64,000 nucleotides of DNA from Phoronis australis (Eukaryota; Animalia; Phoronida), in contig NMRA01000261.1 in assembly GCA_002633005.1 (NCBI GenBank), positions 248,001 to 312,000 of the forward strand, read 5' to 3'. The notes under the pieces are model-generated. The model ran no database searches, was not told where the DNA came from, and was given only the letters and a program-made list of their open reading frames with translations. Below, in pieces: positions 47,574-60,997 of the stretch. The position numbers and the translations under genes were made by a program. The first letter of the stretch is position 1. Each line of letters starts with the position of its first letter.

Positions 47574-50500
47574 ACTGCATTGAAATGTTGTCCAATTGGC
47601 TTTTATTGGAAACCACAGTGCAGAGCTCAACATCAAAACTTCAAATCGAGTTTATGTCAATAAAAACAGGCTGTTGCAATTTTCATTACTTCGTTGGCCT
47701 TTTTCTGCATGTTTCTCAGTTTTTACAAAAGGGGGCAGCATATGACGAACTTAGGTGTCACAATAAAATGGCTGCCGAAGGCAGTGCACATTTGAAATAA
47801 CTCGGCACAAATTAAAGAAAACTTCCGAATCGATGAATGCGGTATATCTGTGAGAGTTAAATCGAATCCTATTCAGATCATAAGTTTGAAGTGGAATAAT
47901 TCGGTGAGTACAACAGCAAGTCGGTTTTATGCTTAGGCGGACGAACATTGGGCTCCCCAGTATACAATTGCCAGATTAGACTGATTAAACAACAGTTATG
48001 AAAATGCTTATTTTCCTCAGCGATTCTTTCTGTTTTAGTGCATTCCCTTGATGAACCATGTCTATGCCTATGGGAATCAAAATGAATTTCGCAAATAATT
48101 CCAAGTACTTTCAACTCCACTTTTTGTTGTCCATTAACATTTATACCATGTGTAATAGGCACTGACAGTCACTGACTAACAAGTTTAGGTTACGTTGCTG
48201 TGAAATTCTCTGTTCAGGTCACAACAAGGGAAGTGTGAGCATTTTGTTGTTGCTGAAACTCCTTTTCCCCTTAGGAACTTGTGAGATTTGTGTCTTTTGA
48301 CTGTATTTTTATAAGTGAACTGGCGTGATTTCGCGTAACTAAATAACATGATTAGTGTTCAAGTTACGTTGACTAAATTGCGTTGAGAGTTCGAAGGAGC
48401 TAACTACAACGGATTGTATACTATTACGGTATATATGCATGCTTCAGTTGCTAAGCATTATTGTTTGTACTTTTAATCTAGTAGGGGTAGTTCGGGGAAA
48501 CTCCGATGGCGGTAAAATCGTACAAGTCTAAATAAACGTCAAATGTATTAACAATCAAGATGCCTTACCACTAAATGAAAAGATTATTCACTTCTTTGAA
48601 CAATGGTAGGAATTTATTTATCACCTGACTTGAATTACAACAAAGTTTCAAAAGATATGAGGCATATTCAGCACCTTATGTCACTCTGCCGTCTGCTTCG
48701 CGTGCTGATTTCGAAAGTCTCCGGTAGGTACACTGTCTTTTCCAAGTTTTATTTAGGTCACTTGGTCACTTGTCATGTAAATGAACTTGAATTTACTTGA
48801 TGCATAATTCATCACTATGTAGTTTTATCTGTTAATTCCAATAGAAAAACTTACAAAAAAGCATGATTTAATAAAAAAACTGGTGTCCGAATTTCTCTTC
48901 CAACTTTTTGTATGCTGCGGGGAAATTCGGACACTCGTGTTTTTAGGCTGCTAGATGCTTTTCTTGACGTTTTCTTGAGAGATTTTCGTAATCACGTGAT
49001 GACCTTTTGTTTTAAGAGGTCAATCCAAAATTTAACTTGTCAACAACAATGGCGCTGTTTACCATGTGGGCTGCACACAAATTGGTAAGGGCGGACGTAC
49101 TGCAAGGCTTCGATTAAAATTCACATCTTACCAGCAGCTTCTGTTTTTTCATCGTCACTCAGGTTCCATTTTCTTTAAAAAATGAAGTAAATTTTCTTCA
49201 TTGCACAGTGGAGCAGACGACGGAAACTGAGTCATAGTGCGCAGCGCCACTGGGATATAGCGGGAGAGCCTATACTTATCCATAGTTCCATTACGAATGC
49301 GCCGTGTTCCGAATTTGACACTTGAAATTGGATTTGAGCCCCCCCCCAACACTAAAACCGCACACATTTAAATTTTTTTTCATCTGTGTAATTTTAATTA
49401 CCAGGGTTAATTGATAAACTCAACATTTCCCTATGCTCTTACTGTTTTATTTTTTTTTGCGGCAGCCAAGGGGGGGGGCCCGCCCCCCCCTAAATCCGCC
49501 TATGGAGTATCACTGCCTCTGGCCATGCCAGAGGGTGCATAACTGCCTACACAGGGGAGTTTCCTTGGCAGCAGCTTTTGGTAGATATGGGTAAAAATGA
49601 AAATAAAATTTGACACAAAATTTATTGTTAAAAACTACTGTATTTTCCTAAAAGTGATCTTCAGTGTGTCACATATCCTAATCATATACATCATCTTAGT
49701 CAGACAGTTGAGCACCTAGACGATGCTGCCTCCTGTTGGTGTGACTGGTAGATAGTGACCTCCCCGTAAACCTCTGTACTATTCCGTTTGACCTTGAAGC
49801 CATTGACTGTAATGGAGTTCAGGTTTCAATTTCTTTGATGGAATGAAGGACTATTCAAAAAAAGTTAATTGCAAGACTATTTGCTTGAGCTTGAAAAATT
49901 ACTCCCAACTGCCTCCGAAAGTGTCCATCTAAACTCGAAAGGTAAACATAATAACTTTATGTTGATAGTTTAACCAAGGTGAAGCATGATGCGGAAAATC
50001 TTATGAATTAGAATGTGCCGCCACCCATTGAACACTGTGAAATGGAGCACAATCAGTTTGTGTCAATTTCTGTTTCTGGCAATTCTTCAATTACTGGAAG
50101 GTTATGTATGCAACAGATCATAAACTTTTTCAAGAATAAGTGGTTTCACTTTGTTATAAATATTACCAGCAAATTGAATATCTAAACAAAAGGCTTCAGT
50201 GAAGTTGGTGTTGTCATAATCCTATTTACTATTGGCCCTTTATCAATAAACAAAAGACCTGCAACGAGTATGTATGGGTGAAGAGGAAAGTGAGGTGTCC
50301 TTTGAATTTCTGAGTTTCAAAAACTTTGGACTCACGGGTTTTTTACATATTTGTGTAAGTTTTATGGTCAGAAGAGTTCAAAATGGTGATGTAGAGGACT
50401 AAAGAATCAAACTTCGCTGATTTCTTCAGTTTTTAACCAAATCAGTTTGTATGCAACTGTCTCAGTATCTACGACAACCAGCTTTGAAGTCTGTTAGCTG

Positions 50501-50865
50501 TGCGTGACTAAATGTCAAAACACAGAGATAGGAGTCATTGTGGGTAAACTGGCGAAATAAGCAAAGTTTGCTTTTTCAATTCTAGGCCCAGGACCCTCTA
50601 TGCTTCAATTTTAGAACTTAGTATCAAGCCAACACGCTTAAATTTTGAGCCCCACACTTAAGTTTTGATCGTTTTATATCAATTGTTATTACAGTGCTTT
50701 TTAAATGCTCTTAAAAGTGGGACGAACTTGTAAAACGTTGCGTCACCATCTCACGAAGTTGTAAAACAGCACCACCAGGTAGCTCACCATAGTCACATTT
50801 GTCAGTAAAGTACCCACTTGAATCTGTAGAATTGTTCATGTTGTATACATGATTTCTCATTTCAG

Positions 50866-50951
50866 ATCGTATTGGTCCATTTGGCAGATGGCTTCGTCAC
50901 AAGTTACTTGACGCCATACTTGTGGGAACACCAGTATTATTGGCTGTCCAA
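50866..50951 (+). CDS. S1P phosphatase-like coding exon 2 (DRIGPFGRWLRHKLLDAILVGTPVLLAVQ)
   Basis: Boundaries ttctcatttcag| and CAA|gtatgt. The frame joins exon 3. Confidence 0.8.
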
Positions 50952-51647
50952 GTATGTCTGGTTACATTATGCAGTGATACAAATGTTCCTAACCTGTATG
51001 CTTTTGTGCCTAGTCCGGTTACTCCTGTGTTCATTTGTTTTATGAACCATGTCCTCTGCCCACCGAAGAGTCATTCTTTGGTGGCTTGGATATACTGAGA
51101 TCATGTCATATTACAATGATTTTTAACATATTTGTTTTTTCATCTTGGTCATAATGATAATTAGTCACAATTGTTTATGTTTGAATCATAAATTACAAAC
51201 CAAAAGACCAGTTTTTATGTTACAATGCCCAAGATTGTTAGGTGTGTGACTTAAGTGTTAGAATATAGCTCATGTTGGGTAGAATTGCTTCGGGAGACTT
51301 TAGAGATGTCAATCAGTTATTAGAAGAACAGGCACATAATTTTCACACATACCCACCTTCGTTACAAACTTTACACTATATCGCGTTTTTGGGCAGACGT
51401 CAGTGTTCAGGATAAAGCATGGTCAGGCTTTAACTATGTACTTTGATGTATAAAGTCAGACAAAAGCTTATGTGGACAGGAGTCTGCATGGTCACTGATG
51501 GTCAAGTAAACAAGCCCACTCTGATGTGTTCAAGTGTTGAACTGCTCACATGTTGCCATATTGAAAGAAATGAGTGACAAAGGCATGTTTCTGTTCACTG
51601 TTATATTGTTGTATTGATCATTATGCAGTACGTGACAAAACCTATCA

Positions 51648-52470
51648 GGGCTGTTCCAGCAAAATCTGTATGGGAGGGGGGGAAGGCACTTTTATTTCGT
51701 ATCCACTGCCCATATTTTTCATTTATTTCTCCAACCCATGACCCATAATTTTTTAATTATTTTTAATAGGTTAAAATATAAAATCCAACACTTGCAAACA
51801 AATTGCCTCCAGGAGGACCTGTTAAGAACTTAGATGATTGACAGACAAGAACTAGTTGTCTTGTCCAATATTGTCAAAAACTAAAGTAGCCTGTGAGCAA
51901 TACTTTTGGCAGCCACCAGGTGTCTCTGTTCACCATGTGTCTATAATTTCAATGAACATTTTTTCAATTATAAGGATCTATGAATCTCAAACTGTCTCCA
52001 CGAACTCTTTTATACTTCTATGTCAAGTGAATATTGGAACTTGTTTATCTTACTCCTCATACTTTTTATTTAAAAATCATCAATTTTCTTATATGTGTTA
52101 ACACCAGTTTAGTGTTGCATAACTTTTCAATTCAATAGGACTGCAGACAAACAGTTGGCTCAAATCAAGTTGCCCATGACTTGATTAATGGCTTAGTGAA
52201 CATATTGCACTCTGTTCACTGGCAATATGGGCTTTTTTGTATTGGGATAAGTTAGGATATATGCCAATTGCATTTTTTTTTAGTTTTGATGGCTGAAGTT
52301 ACCAACCTTTCAACATTAACCGGTCAAAAAATACCACCCATTTTTAATGCATCACTTCTTACAGGAACGACCACCCATAATTTGAGTTTTTTTCTGAAGA
52401 CCACCACCCATGAATTTTTATTTCTACTGCCGTCCCCCCCCCTCCCACACGGATTTTACTGGAACAGCCC
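51648..52470. mobile_element. 823-bp MITE with about 40-bp TIRs (GGGCTGTTCCAG.AAAATC.GT.TGGGAGGGGGGG) and 3-bp TSD TCA (PIF/Harbinger-like)
   Basis: TCA|GGGCTGTTCCAG … CTGGAACAGCCC|TCA. The superfamily is inferred from the TNA TSD. Confidence 0.8.
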
Positions 52471-52996
52471 TCAGACAAAATACTGTCATGACAGCTAATT
52501 CTGTTAACCAGAGTGTCTGTTGATGACTATTGTGGTAGTAAAATTCTAATGACAGAATGATCTTGCCACCTTACAAACTTGCCTTTAAACTGCCCACTTT
52601 CATTCTCATCTGTCATCAGGGGAGACAACTCTGATCATTGCCTGATGATGAACTTTCCATCCAACCAGCCCTTGTAACGGAGAAGTCGGTGTTATTTTGT
52701 CCGAGTATTTCTGTGTGTATTGAACGTACAGTTCCTGTGATTAATTGATAATAACAGGAGGCTCACAAAGTAGGTTGGTTACATCATAACAGAAATTAAT
52801 TGCCAGGTGCGTCTATTAGTTGAACATATCTTGCATGTACTGTGACACCAAACTATTCACACCTTGTCTTGTTTCGCAAACATTAATTATCCTGTTGACG
52901 ACGTCTTTATGTAACTTGCTTGGAACTGAAAGGAACTTGATTTTTCACCAAATAATTATTTGCTGTTTTTTCTTCATTTTTTATCTTCCATTCCAG

Positions 52997-53091
52997 AAAT
53001 ATCGTACTCCACGTCGAGACAAATTGATGAAGTTGTTGAGCTTTTTGGGCACGGAAGATTTCTACACACCCCTGATCATCCTACTAGTCTG
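52997..53091 (+). CDS. S1P phosphatase-like coding exon 3 (KYRTPRRDKLMKLLSFLGTEDFYTPLIILLVW)
   Basis: LGTEDFY matches the SGPP-family LGxExFY motif. AG/GT boundaries. Confidence 0.9.
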
Positions 53092-53602
53092 GTCAGTCAT
53101 AACTGCACATTACTTCTATTATTACTAATATTACTGTTAGTCATAACTTATCCGTTGCACCTATTATGACTGTTTTATGCTAATACGCTTTTTATTTTGC
53201 CTGTTCCAAACAAGTGACCAGTGTAAGGGTGCTTTTGTTTTTCTGTAAATTAAACAAATTGAAATCAAATTCTCACCTTAGATGTTTGTCTTACATTTTT
53301 TTTTGATTTGCATTTGAATTGTCTGGAGGAACTTAAATTCATTAGATGCACATGTCAAATGTGTCTAACAAAGTTCTTGCATTCAGGTTATATGACACCT
53401 TTATCCCAATATAGCCTCATGCTGGTGATCAGCTTTTTGATTTCAGCCTATTCAAATGATCAAATGATTTTGCTATTTTGTCTCATGTACCATGCTTTAG
53501 TTCTGATATACATTTACTTAAAATGTCGTATTGTTGGAAACTGAATGGTTATCAGACTGGCAAGGGGGGTACTCCTTAATGCACCGTTTCGACTCTTAAC
53601 AG

Positions 53603-53678
53603 GATTGTTGATGTTCGTCTGGGGCGGCTTTTCACAGTGCTGCTGGGCATTGGCATGTACCTGGCCACATTCTTTAAG
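53603..53678 (+). CDS. S1P phosphatase-like coding exon 4 (IVDVRLGRLFTVLLGIGMYLATFFK)
   Basis: Supplies the K of PAP2 motif 1. Splice phases are consistent. Confidence 0.88.
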
Positions 53679-53814
53679 GTGAGTTCATACTGTCGCTTTT
53701 GTAACAACTGTGCAATTTTACTGTCACAGGCTCCCAAAATTGTTGATACACTTCCCAATGATATCCAGTGTTTGCTGCAACCAGAAAAACAACATTCTGC
53801 CCCTTGGGACAGCA

Positions 53815-55738
53815 TTTTTATGCACCCTCATAGTTGTATGTGGGCGTATTATACCGTCATCTCTGTTTGTCTGTCTGTAGTCCGTCCAGCGTCCGATGTC
53901 CAATGTTTTGCACCACCTAGTTGTCATTTTTACTTTTTTCGAGTGGTTTTGGCATCTGCCCTTCTATCAACCAAACCGCTTTAAGGAAGATTGTGAAAAT
54001 TGGCAAACATGACAATGATTTTCCGACTTTGACTACTGTGGCGCCTCCTAATGGCAGTTTATTTTTACACCCATAGCTGTATTTCCTAAACCCTCTATCG
54101 CATCTTTATTAAATTTAGCAATTGTGTTTATATGAAGTTGACAACATACAATGACGACTTTTGGGCGGATCCAATGAACGCTGTGCTTCCTAATGGCAGT
54201 TTCATTTTTTTCGTTTGTTTTGCTGAAGTTTCTTGATGGATTTTTATGAAATTTGTTAAATAACTTTCTGTTAAAGAAACAAAGACACATTCTTATTTTC
54301 GGGTGGATTTGGCGTATTTTGTGCCATCTAGTCACCATTTTACTGTTTTCTAGTCTTGTTTTCTGTTTTTGGTGTCTGCCCTTCTATCAACCAAACCAGT
54401 CTGAGGATGATTTTGAAAATTGTTGTTTATGTTTCTACTTTAAAGAGGATGGCTGGTGACATTTCTCTCATGACTCTCTTGGGATGTGCATTAAATTTGA
54501 CAAGTGTATTTATATGAAGTTGACAGTGGACAATGTCAACATTTGGATGAATCTGGCTACCACTGTGCCCCCCTAGTGGCAATTTTGTTTGTTGTCCTCT
54601 GTATCTTTGAAACTTCTTTAATGGCAGATTTTTGAGAAATGTAATAAATGGGTTTCTACTAAAAAGTCAACAGGTCCTCGTTCTCAGAAAGATTCAACAT
54701 ATAGCGGCCTTTTTTATTGACACAAAATTTTGCAGTTAGGTTTTCATTAAGGAGAAAATGATAACTTCTCATTTTCGAGCAGATTTGATGTATTTTGCAT
54801 CACTCAGTATCCATTTTAAAAATTTTTGAGTATGTTTTTGACATCACCCTCTCCATCCACCAAACAGCATGAAGGGGATCATTGTTGAAATTTGGAGATG
54901 CGTTCCTGATGAGAAGACCGAGTCTGACGTTGAATTTCAGACATGTTCAACTAGTCTCTCATCCCCTAATGGCAATTATATTTTTTGTGTCCACCGCTTT
55001 ATCTCCTACCCTATTCAATATCTTTCTGAAATTTAGCAGATGTGTTCCTATGGAGATAGCAACAAATGATGGCGAATTTCAGACCAGTGCAACTACATCT
55101 GTGCCTCCTAGTGGCAATTTTAGTTTTTACTTCAAAGTTCCTTGATGCTTTTTCATGAAATTTGGCAAACAAATTTCTATTGTGAAAATGACAGCACCTT
55201 TTCTTGTTGTGATGGATTCGATGTATTCTGCATCAACTAGTGACCATTTTAATTATTTTTTGGTCTGTTTTTGTTCTCTGCTTGGCTGTCTGCCAAACCA
55301 CTCAGAGGATCATCGTGAAAATTGGCAGATGTGTTCCTTCTGACAAGAGCATGACTGACGAAGATTTTTAGAGGGGTCCAACTACTGTCGTGCCCCCTAG
55401 TGACATTTTTTCACATCTACGGCTGTATCTCCTTAACCCCTTTCATGTTGTTTTTGAAATTTTGCAGTTTTAGCCGTATTTAATTGACAGCAATTCTGCT
55501 GCAGTTCCTAATGGTAGTTTTTTTGTATGTTTGTCTTCGTATCTTTGAAGTTCTTTGACAGATTTTCATGAGATTCGGCAAAGTGTTTTGAGAGGTGATG
55601 ACATCTTCCTCTTTTTGGATGGGTTCAAAGTATTGTGTGCCATTTAATGGCTATTTTTTTATCCTGTAAATACCCCTCGAAGCACATCGTTTGCAGTGCA
55701 GTCGCAGGCACATTTCAACGCTCCGCGTCGCTCTTGTT
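53815..55738 (+). mobile_element. Helentron/HINE (DINE-1-like) non-autonomous element with internal diverged tandem repeats
   Basis: T-run start TTTTTATGCACCC, a (GTCY)-like tract, repeated internal units, and a 3' end with short stem-loops then GCTCTTGTT. Shared with 58551-60238 and 62790-62968. Confidence 0.7.
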
Positions 55739-55955
55739 TCTTTTCTAATCCTCTCATTTTAAACGTAAATTAAAATTGAGTGTTGTTTACCCTCATGTGA
55801 TAGACTAAAATATATGCGTGACTTTATTTTACATTTCACAGAAAGTTTACAGTTTTAAATATGAGATATTTGTTTTAACAGAAACGATCGCATTTCGACA
55901 GTGAAATGTAGAAATATAAAATAGTTCACCTAGTGACTTTCCAAACCTTTTCCAG

Positions 55956-56020
55956 AATATCTTCTGCCTGCCTCGTCCACCCAAGCCCCCTGTTGCTGTT
56001 CTGGAAAATGCTCTAGACTG
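55956..56020 (+). CDS. S1P phosphatase-like coding exon 5 (NIFCLPRPPKPPVAVLENALDW)
   Basis: Completes PAP2 motif 1, K-x6-RP (K-NIFCLP-RP). Confidence 0.9.
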
Positions 56021-56342
56021 GTTTGTATTTTTTGCCATTTAAGTTCGAAATTTTGACTGGCAGACTTTATATTACTCAGTTCAGTGTTAATAATCTGTAC
56101 AGTGATTAAATATACAGTTTGATTGACAATTTGCAAATGAGTCTTATAACTCTCGCGAGTTTTTAACCATTTTTAATCAAACGTGGCAAGACATCGAAAT
56201 GTTTTTGTTAGTGTTTGTTCATGTTAGCCTAATTTTGATCAATTTGAAAAATCACATTTCTACACTAGCCTCAAATTGTAAACATTTTAATTGCAAAATG
56301 GATGTCACTCACTTTGATGCATTGTGTCTGCTATATTGACAG

Positions 56343-56467
56343 GGCTCTACCTAGTCTTCACTCGACCCTGGGTGTCATGTGTCCGTGGTACATATGGATC
56401 TATGCCTATGCACACTACCACTTATCTACTGTGGGACTTGTCTCACTCTTCTTTGTCATTGCATTTT
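56343..56467 (+). CDS. S1P phosphatase-like coding exon 6 (ALPSLHSTLGVMCPWYIW…FFVIAF)
   Basis: PAP2 motif 2 PSxH, followed by transmembrane segments. Confidence 0.9.
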
Positions 56468-57526
56468 GTGAGTATGAATTAGGAACAGAGAAGTGCCCTG
56501 GTAATGACTGCTTTGTCACATGGGAGTTCAAGTAGAATAATTTTTATCTGTTGTCAAAAGGTAACTTCATTTGCAAAATCCGCTGGTCTAATTACACCTA
56601 CCTCTAGATAACGTCTTTTTCTAAAATCTGTTGGTCTTACATCAACTTTTTGATAAAATTACTTCTCAAACCTGTTTTTCTGTTTACACCAACCTCTACA
56701 AAACATTTCTAGAATCCATTGGTCTGTTTGCACCCACCACTAGAAAATGGATTTTGGAAATAATATCTCATCACTACCTTAAATTACTTTGAGAAATCAT
56801 TTATCAAAAGAATACCAAACCATGTTTCAGCAATGTAACTAGTACTAGAGCATTAAAATCTTTGAAACAACGTAAGAGTGTTACATTCGTCAACCCTCGA
56901 AAGTAATTTGAAGGAACTTTGCTAAGTTCTTATTTAGAGTCTGCTGAAATCAGGAAGTTTTGATAATGCTTGAAACAAGTTGATCAACAACTTTTGGCAA
57001 AAATCGTCCTTTTTGAGCCACGCAATGAATCTTTTAGCATGTGAAAAGGCATTTAGTGGAATAATTGTAATATCTGCCAGGAGAGGTATGAGTGTACACC
57101 GACAGGTGACCCAGTGTCAGGAGAAGTCCCTTAAGCAGGGTTCGCTCTCCTGTCAAAGCCTGCTTTTGATTGAGGCCACTTAGTATTATGTAATTGACCT
57201 CATCTTGTTCCTTGCTCAGAATAGAAATAATCTCGAGATTTGAGAAGCGACAGATAATTATTGGTTTAGACCAGTCTCGTGTCATTTGATTGTCACGGTG
57301 GGCTTCAGTCGCTGAAGCAGTATGGCTATATGGACACTTCCGATCATTTTATAGCAACCAATTTCAGTCAGAGAAACTTAACTGTTGATGTAGACTGTTT
57401 ATCGTCATAAAATTGGTATCACCTTGTTTCTGATTCAGATGATGCGAGATTTTGTCTTTCCAAAGAACTGGCAGTTCATTATACCTCAAGACCATATTCA
57501 GCGAGTAAAGTGATACACTGTGACAA

Positions 57527-57876
57527 GTCAGTTGGTAGTGCCTGGTCTCAACCAATAATGAACTGTCAGTTGGTAGTGCCTAGTCTCAACCAATAATTAA
57601 CTGTCAGTTGGTAGTGTCTGATGTCAACCAATAATGAACTGTCAGTTGGTAGTGCCTAGTCTCAACCAATAATGAACTATCAGTTGGTAGTGCCTGGTCT
57701 CAACCAATAATTAACTGTCAGTTGGTAGTGCCTGGTCTCAACCAATAATTAACTGTCAGTTGGTAGTGCCTGGTCTCAATCAATAATTAACTGTCAGTTG
57801 GTAGTGCCTGATGTCAAGCGATAATGAACTGTCAGTTGGTAGTGCCTAGTCTCAACCAATAATGAACTGTCAGTTC
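57527..57876. repeat. 38-bp minisatellite (GTCAGTTGGTAGTGCCTGGTCTCAACCAATAATGAACT), about 9 copies
   Basis: Head-to-tail units with no spacers. Confidence 0.95.
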
Positions 57877-58550
57877 TTTCCAAGCCCCAAGTTTTCACCT
57901 AATGTCCAAACCTGGTTAAGTTTTGAATGTCACATCTCAGAGAATTTTGGATTTAAAGAGGAAAGTAAGCATTTTTGATATTACGTTTAGTAAAAATACA
58001 GACTCCCGGTTGTCTTGGTGATACATTTGTCGATGTTAATTACTTTCACTGTACATGGAATGATAGCAAGTGACATAAACGACTTGACAGTCACCCATTG
58101 AGGAAGCGTAATGTCCTATTCCCTGTTGAACACATTCTGTACAAGTCGGTCGTTTTCCCTCAATGTCTGCAGAACCAAAATACAGTCCCTTTGTCGTGCT
58201 ATATACGTCACTTTCTGTTGTCTCAAGGATAGATTATAATCACTAAGGGAGCAGTGATTAACATGGAAAAGTATTTTCGTTATGCAAAATGGTCAGGAAT
58301 CTGCATGTTTACTAAAGGTTACTGTTGCATGAAAAACTGCTTTACACTTTCAATGGTGATTTTAATTTGCTGATACTGTGTTTGAAGCACTGTTCTCCAA
58401 AGTGCTTGTAGTAATTGTTTTTAAAATGTTCCACTTTTGTGTGAGGCACTATACAAATACTGCTTCTAGTATTTTTTCAAAAAACACCGCTTTTGAGATT
58501 TCACGTGGTCATGTTAAACATCCTGTGGTGTTGCTATGGCTGTATTTCCT

Positions 58551-60238
58551 TTTTTATGTGCCCACATATTTATATGTGGACGCATTATGCCATCATCTCT
58601 GTCCGGCGTTCGTCCGTTCGGTGTCATACTTCTGCTGCTGTATCCCCAAAACCCTTTGACATACGTTCATGAAATTTTGCACATATGTTCCTTTCTTGGA
58701 TGGGACGGCATGAGCGAAAGTTCGTACAGATCCGACTACCGATGTGCCCCCTTGTGGCAATTTTAGTTTTTTACACTTACCTCTATATCATCAAAGGTCC
58801 TCAACGTATTTTCATATAATTTGGCATATAGGCACCTATTAGTGAGATGACGCTATCTTTCCGTTTTCGGATGGATTTGACGAAGTTTGCGCCACTTAGT
58901 GGCCATTTTTGCTCTTTTCGAGTGTGTATTTTGGCGTCCACCCCGCTTTCAACCAAACCGCTTAAAGGATGATTGTGAAAATTGGCATGTATGTGTTTAC
59001 TATGAAGTTTTGTTTTTGTTTTTGCGCCCATGGCTGTATCTCCTAAACCGTTGGCAGGATCTTTATTAAATTTAGAAAGTATATTTATGTGATGTTGACA
59101 ATGGATGACGACGACTTTCGGACACATCTGGCTACCGGTGTGCCCCCTAGTGGCAATTTCAGTTTTTTATGTTTACCTCTGTATCTTCAAAGGCCCTCAA
59201 CGTATTGTCATAAAGTTAGGCGTATAGGCATCTATTAGTGAGATGACGCTATCACTTTTTCGGATGGATTTGATGTAGTTTGCGCCACCTAGTGACCATT
59301 TTTACTGTTTTTTAGTCTGTTTTTTGGCGTCCACCCCTCTATCAACCAAACGGTTCTAAGAATGACTGAAAATTGCCATGTATGTTCTTGCTACGAAGCT
59401 GACCATAATTTTCCGAAAACTTCGACTATTGTGGTGCCTCCTATTAGCAGTTTTTTTTTGCGCCCATGGCTTTATATCCTAAACCATTAGCAGGATCTTT
59501 CCTAAATTTAGCGAGTGTATTTACATTATGTTCACAACAGATGGCAACAGTTTTCGAACAGATCTGACTACCAGTGTGCCCCCTACAGCAATTTTAGTTT
59601 TTTAGGTTTGCCTTCAAAGGTTTTCAACAGATTTTCAGAAAATTCGGAATATAGGCATTTATTCCCGTTTTCGGATGGATTCGAGGTACTTTTCGCCACC
59701 TATTAGCCATTTTTCCTGTTTTCAAGTCTGTTTTTTTGGTGTCCACTCCTCAATTAACCAAACCATTCTAAGGATGATTTTGAAAGTTGGCGTGTGTGTT
59801 TTGAACGTGAAGAGGGCGGTTGACTATAACAAATTCGACTACTGTGGCGCCGTCTAGTGATAGTTTTGTTTTGTTTTGCACCCATAGCTGCATCTCCTTA
59901 ACACACTACATGATCTTTATTAAACTTAGTAATTGTATTTATATGAAGCTAACAACAGACAACGTCCTTCAGGCCCATCCAATGAAAGCTGTGCTCTTTA
60001 GTGGCAGTTTCATTTTTTTCTGTTTTCCTTCGTTTCTCTAAAGATCCTTGACAGATTTTTATGAAATTTGGTAAATAGCTTTCTATTAAAGAAGCGATGG
60101 CATTTTCCTGTTTTCAGGTGGATTGGATGTTTTTGCGCCATCAAGTGGCTATTTTTATGAGACAAAAAAGCAACCCTAGAAGCATACCGTTTGCGGTGCA
60201 TTGGTAGGGGCATTTCAATGCTCTGCGTTGCTCTTCTT
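58551..60238 (+). mobile_element. Second Helentron/HINE-like copy
   Basis: Same 5' start (TTTTTATGTGCCC…TATGTGG.CG.ATTAT.CC.TCATCTCTGT), same internal units and same 3' end (GAAGCATACCGTTTGCGGTGCA…CATTTCAATGCTCTGCGTTGCTCTT) as 53815-55738. Confidence 0.7.
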
Positions 60239-60374
60239 TACTATGATATAAAGGCATAGTTACATAACTTAATTTATGACAAACTAGTATAAAGTCAAAA
60301 AGTAGATTCTGCGTGCATTCTAGTTTAAAATTTATGTTTACTGAGTTTTATCCTCAACTTCTTGTTATTTATAG

Positions 60375-60524
60375 GGTCGTTCTCAGTCATGTTTAGTCGT
60401 GTTTACCTCGGAGTGCATAGTCCAGCTGATATAGTCACTGGAGGTATCTTGGGTACACTCATGCTGTCGGCCTTTGTGCAAGTTGATGATCAGTTGTACC
60501 ACTATATAGGCTATGGTAATAATG
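60375..60524 (+). CDS. S1P phosphatase-like coding exon 7 (SFSVMFSRVYLGVHSPADIVTGGILG…GYGNN)
   Basis: PAP2 motif 3, SR-x5-H-x3-D, is intact. Confidence 0.93.
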
Positions 60525-60702
60525 GTGAGTACTGTATCTCATGACAGGGTTATAGTCACACTATTTGTACCACTACATAGGCTGTGGTACTAATGGTGAG
60601 TACTGTGTCTTATGATAGGGTTATAGTCACAGTAGTTGTACCACTACATAGGCTGTGGTACTAATGGTGAGTACTATTTCTTATGACAGGGTTATAGTCA
60701 CT
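60494..60702 (+). repeat. 71-bp tandem triplication containing the last about 31 nt of exon 7 and its donor
   Basis: AATG|GTGAGTACT has its GT at 60525, 60596 and 60667. Confidence 0.93.
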
Positions 60703-60997
60703 TTAGTTGTCTCTCAGTAGCTGAATTTTTATGTGATGTAACAGCTGATTTAATAACAGCTTATCGAAGTCGTTTAGATGCTTGAGTTCTTGTCAGCATG
60801 CTTTTTTGGTTGGTGGTTAGGTCAGTTATGTTGTGAACCCAAAGTGTTTGATAGTGAAGTGGGCCTCGGGTTATCGTAATTTTTGGTGATTTGGCTTGTG
60901 TAAGCATCACTCAGAGTTATGTAATGACTCACAAGTGAGGATATCATGTGGTCTTTCTCATTGTTTGCTTATAATTGCTGTTTTGCTCTATTTTCAG

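Noticed and set aside
47303-49085. ATG-containing mini exons (47303-47318 and about 49049-49085) as first coding exon of the phosphatase
   Set aside because: As read from their ATGs they did not give a convincing in-frame join to exon 50866, and they lie in repeat-like sequence. Exon 45946-46051 fits in phase with a good Kozak context.
57527-57876. 38-bp repeat array as a CRISPR array
   Set aside because: The units are contiguous with no unique spacers, there are no cas genes, and the context is a eukaryotic intron. The same applies to the 30-, 32- and 23-bp arrays.
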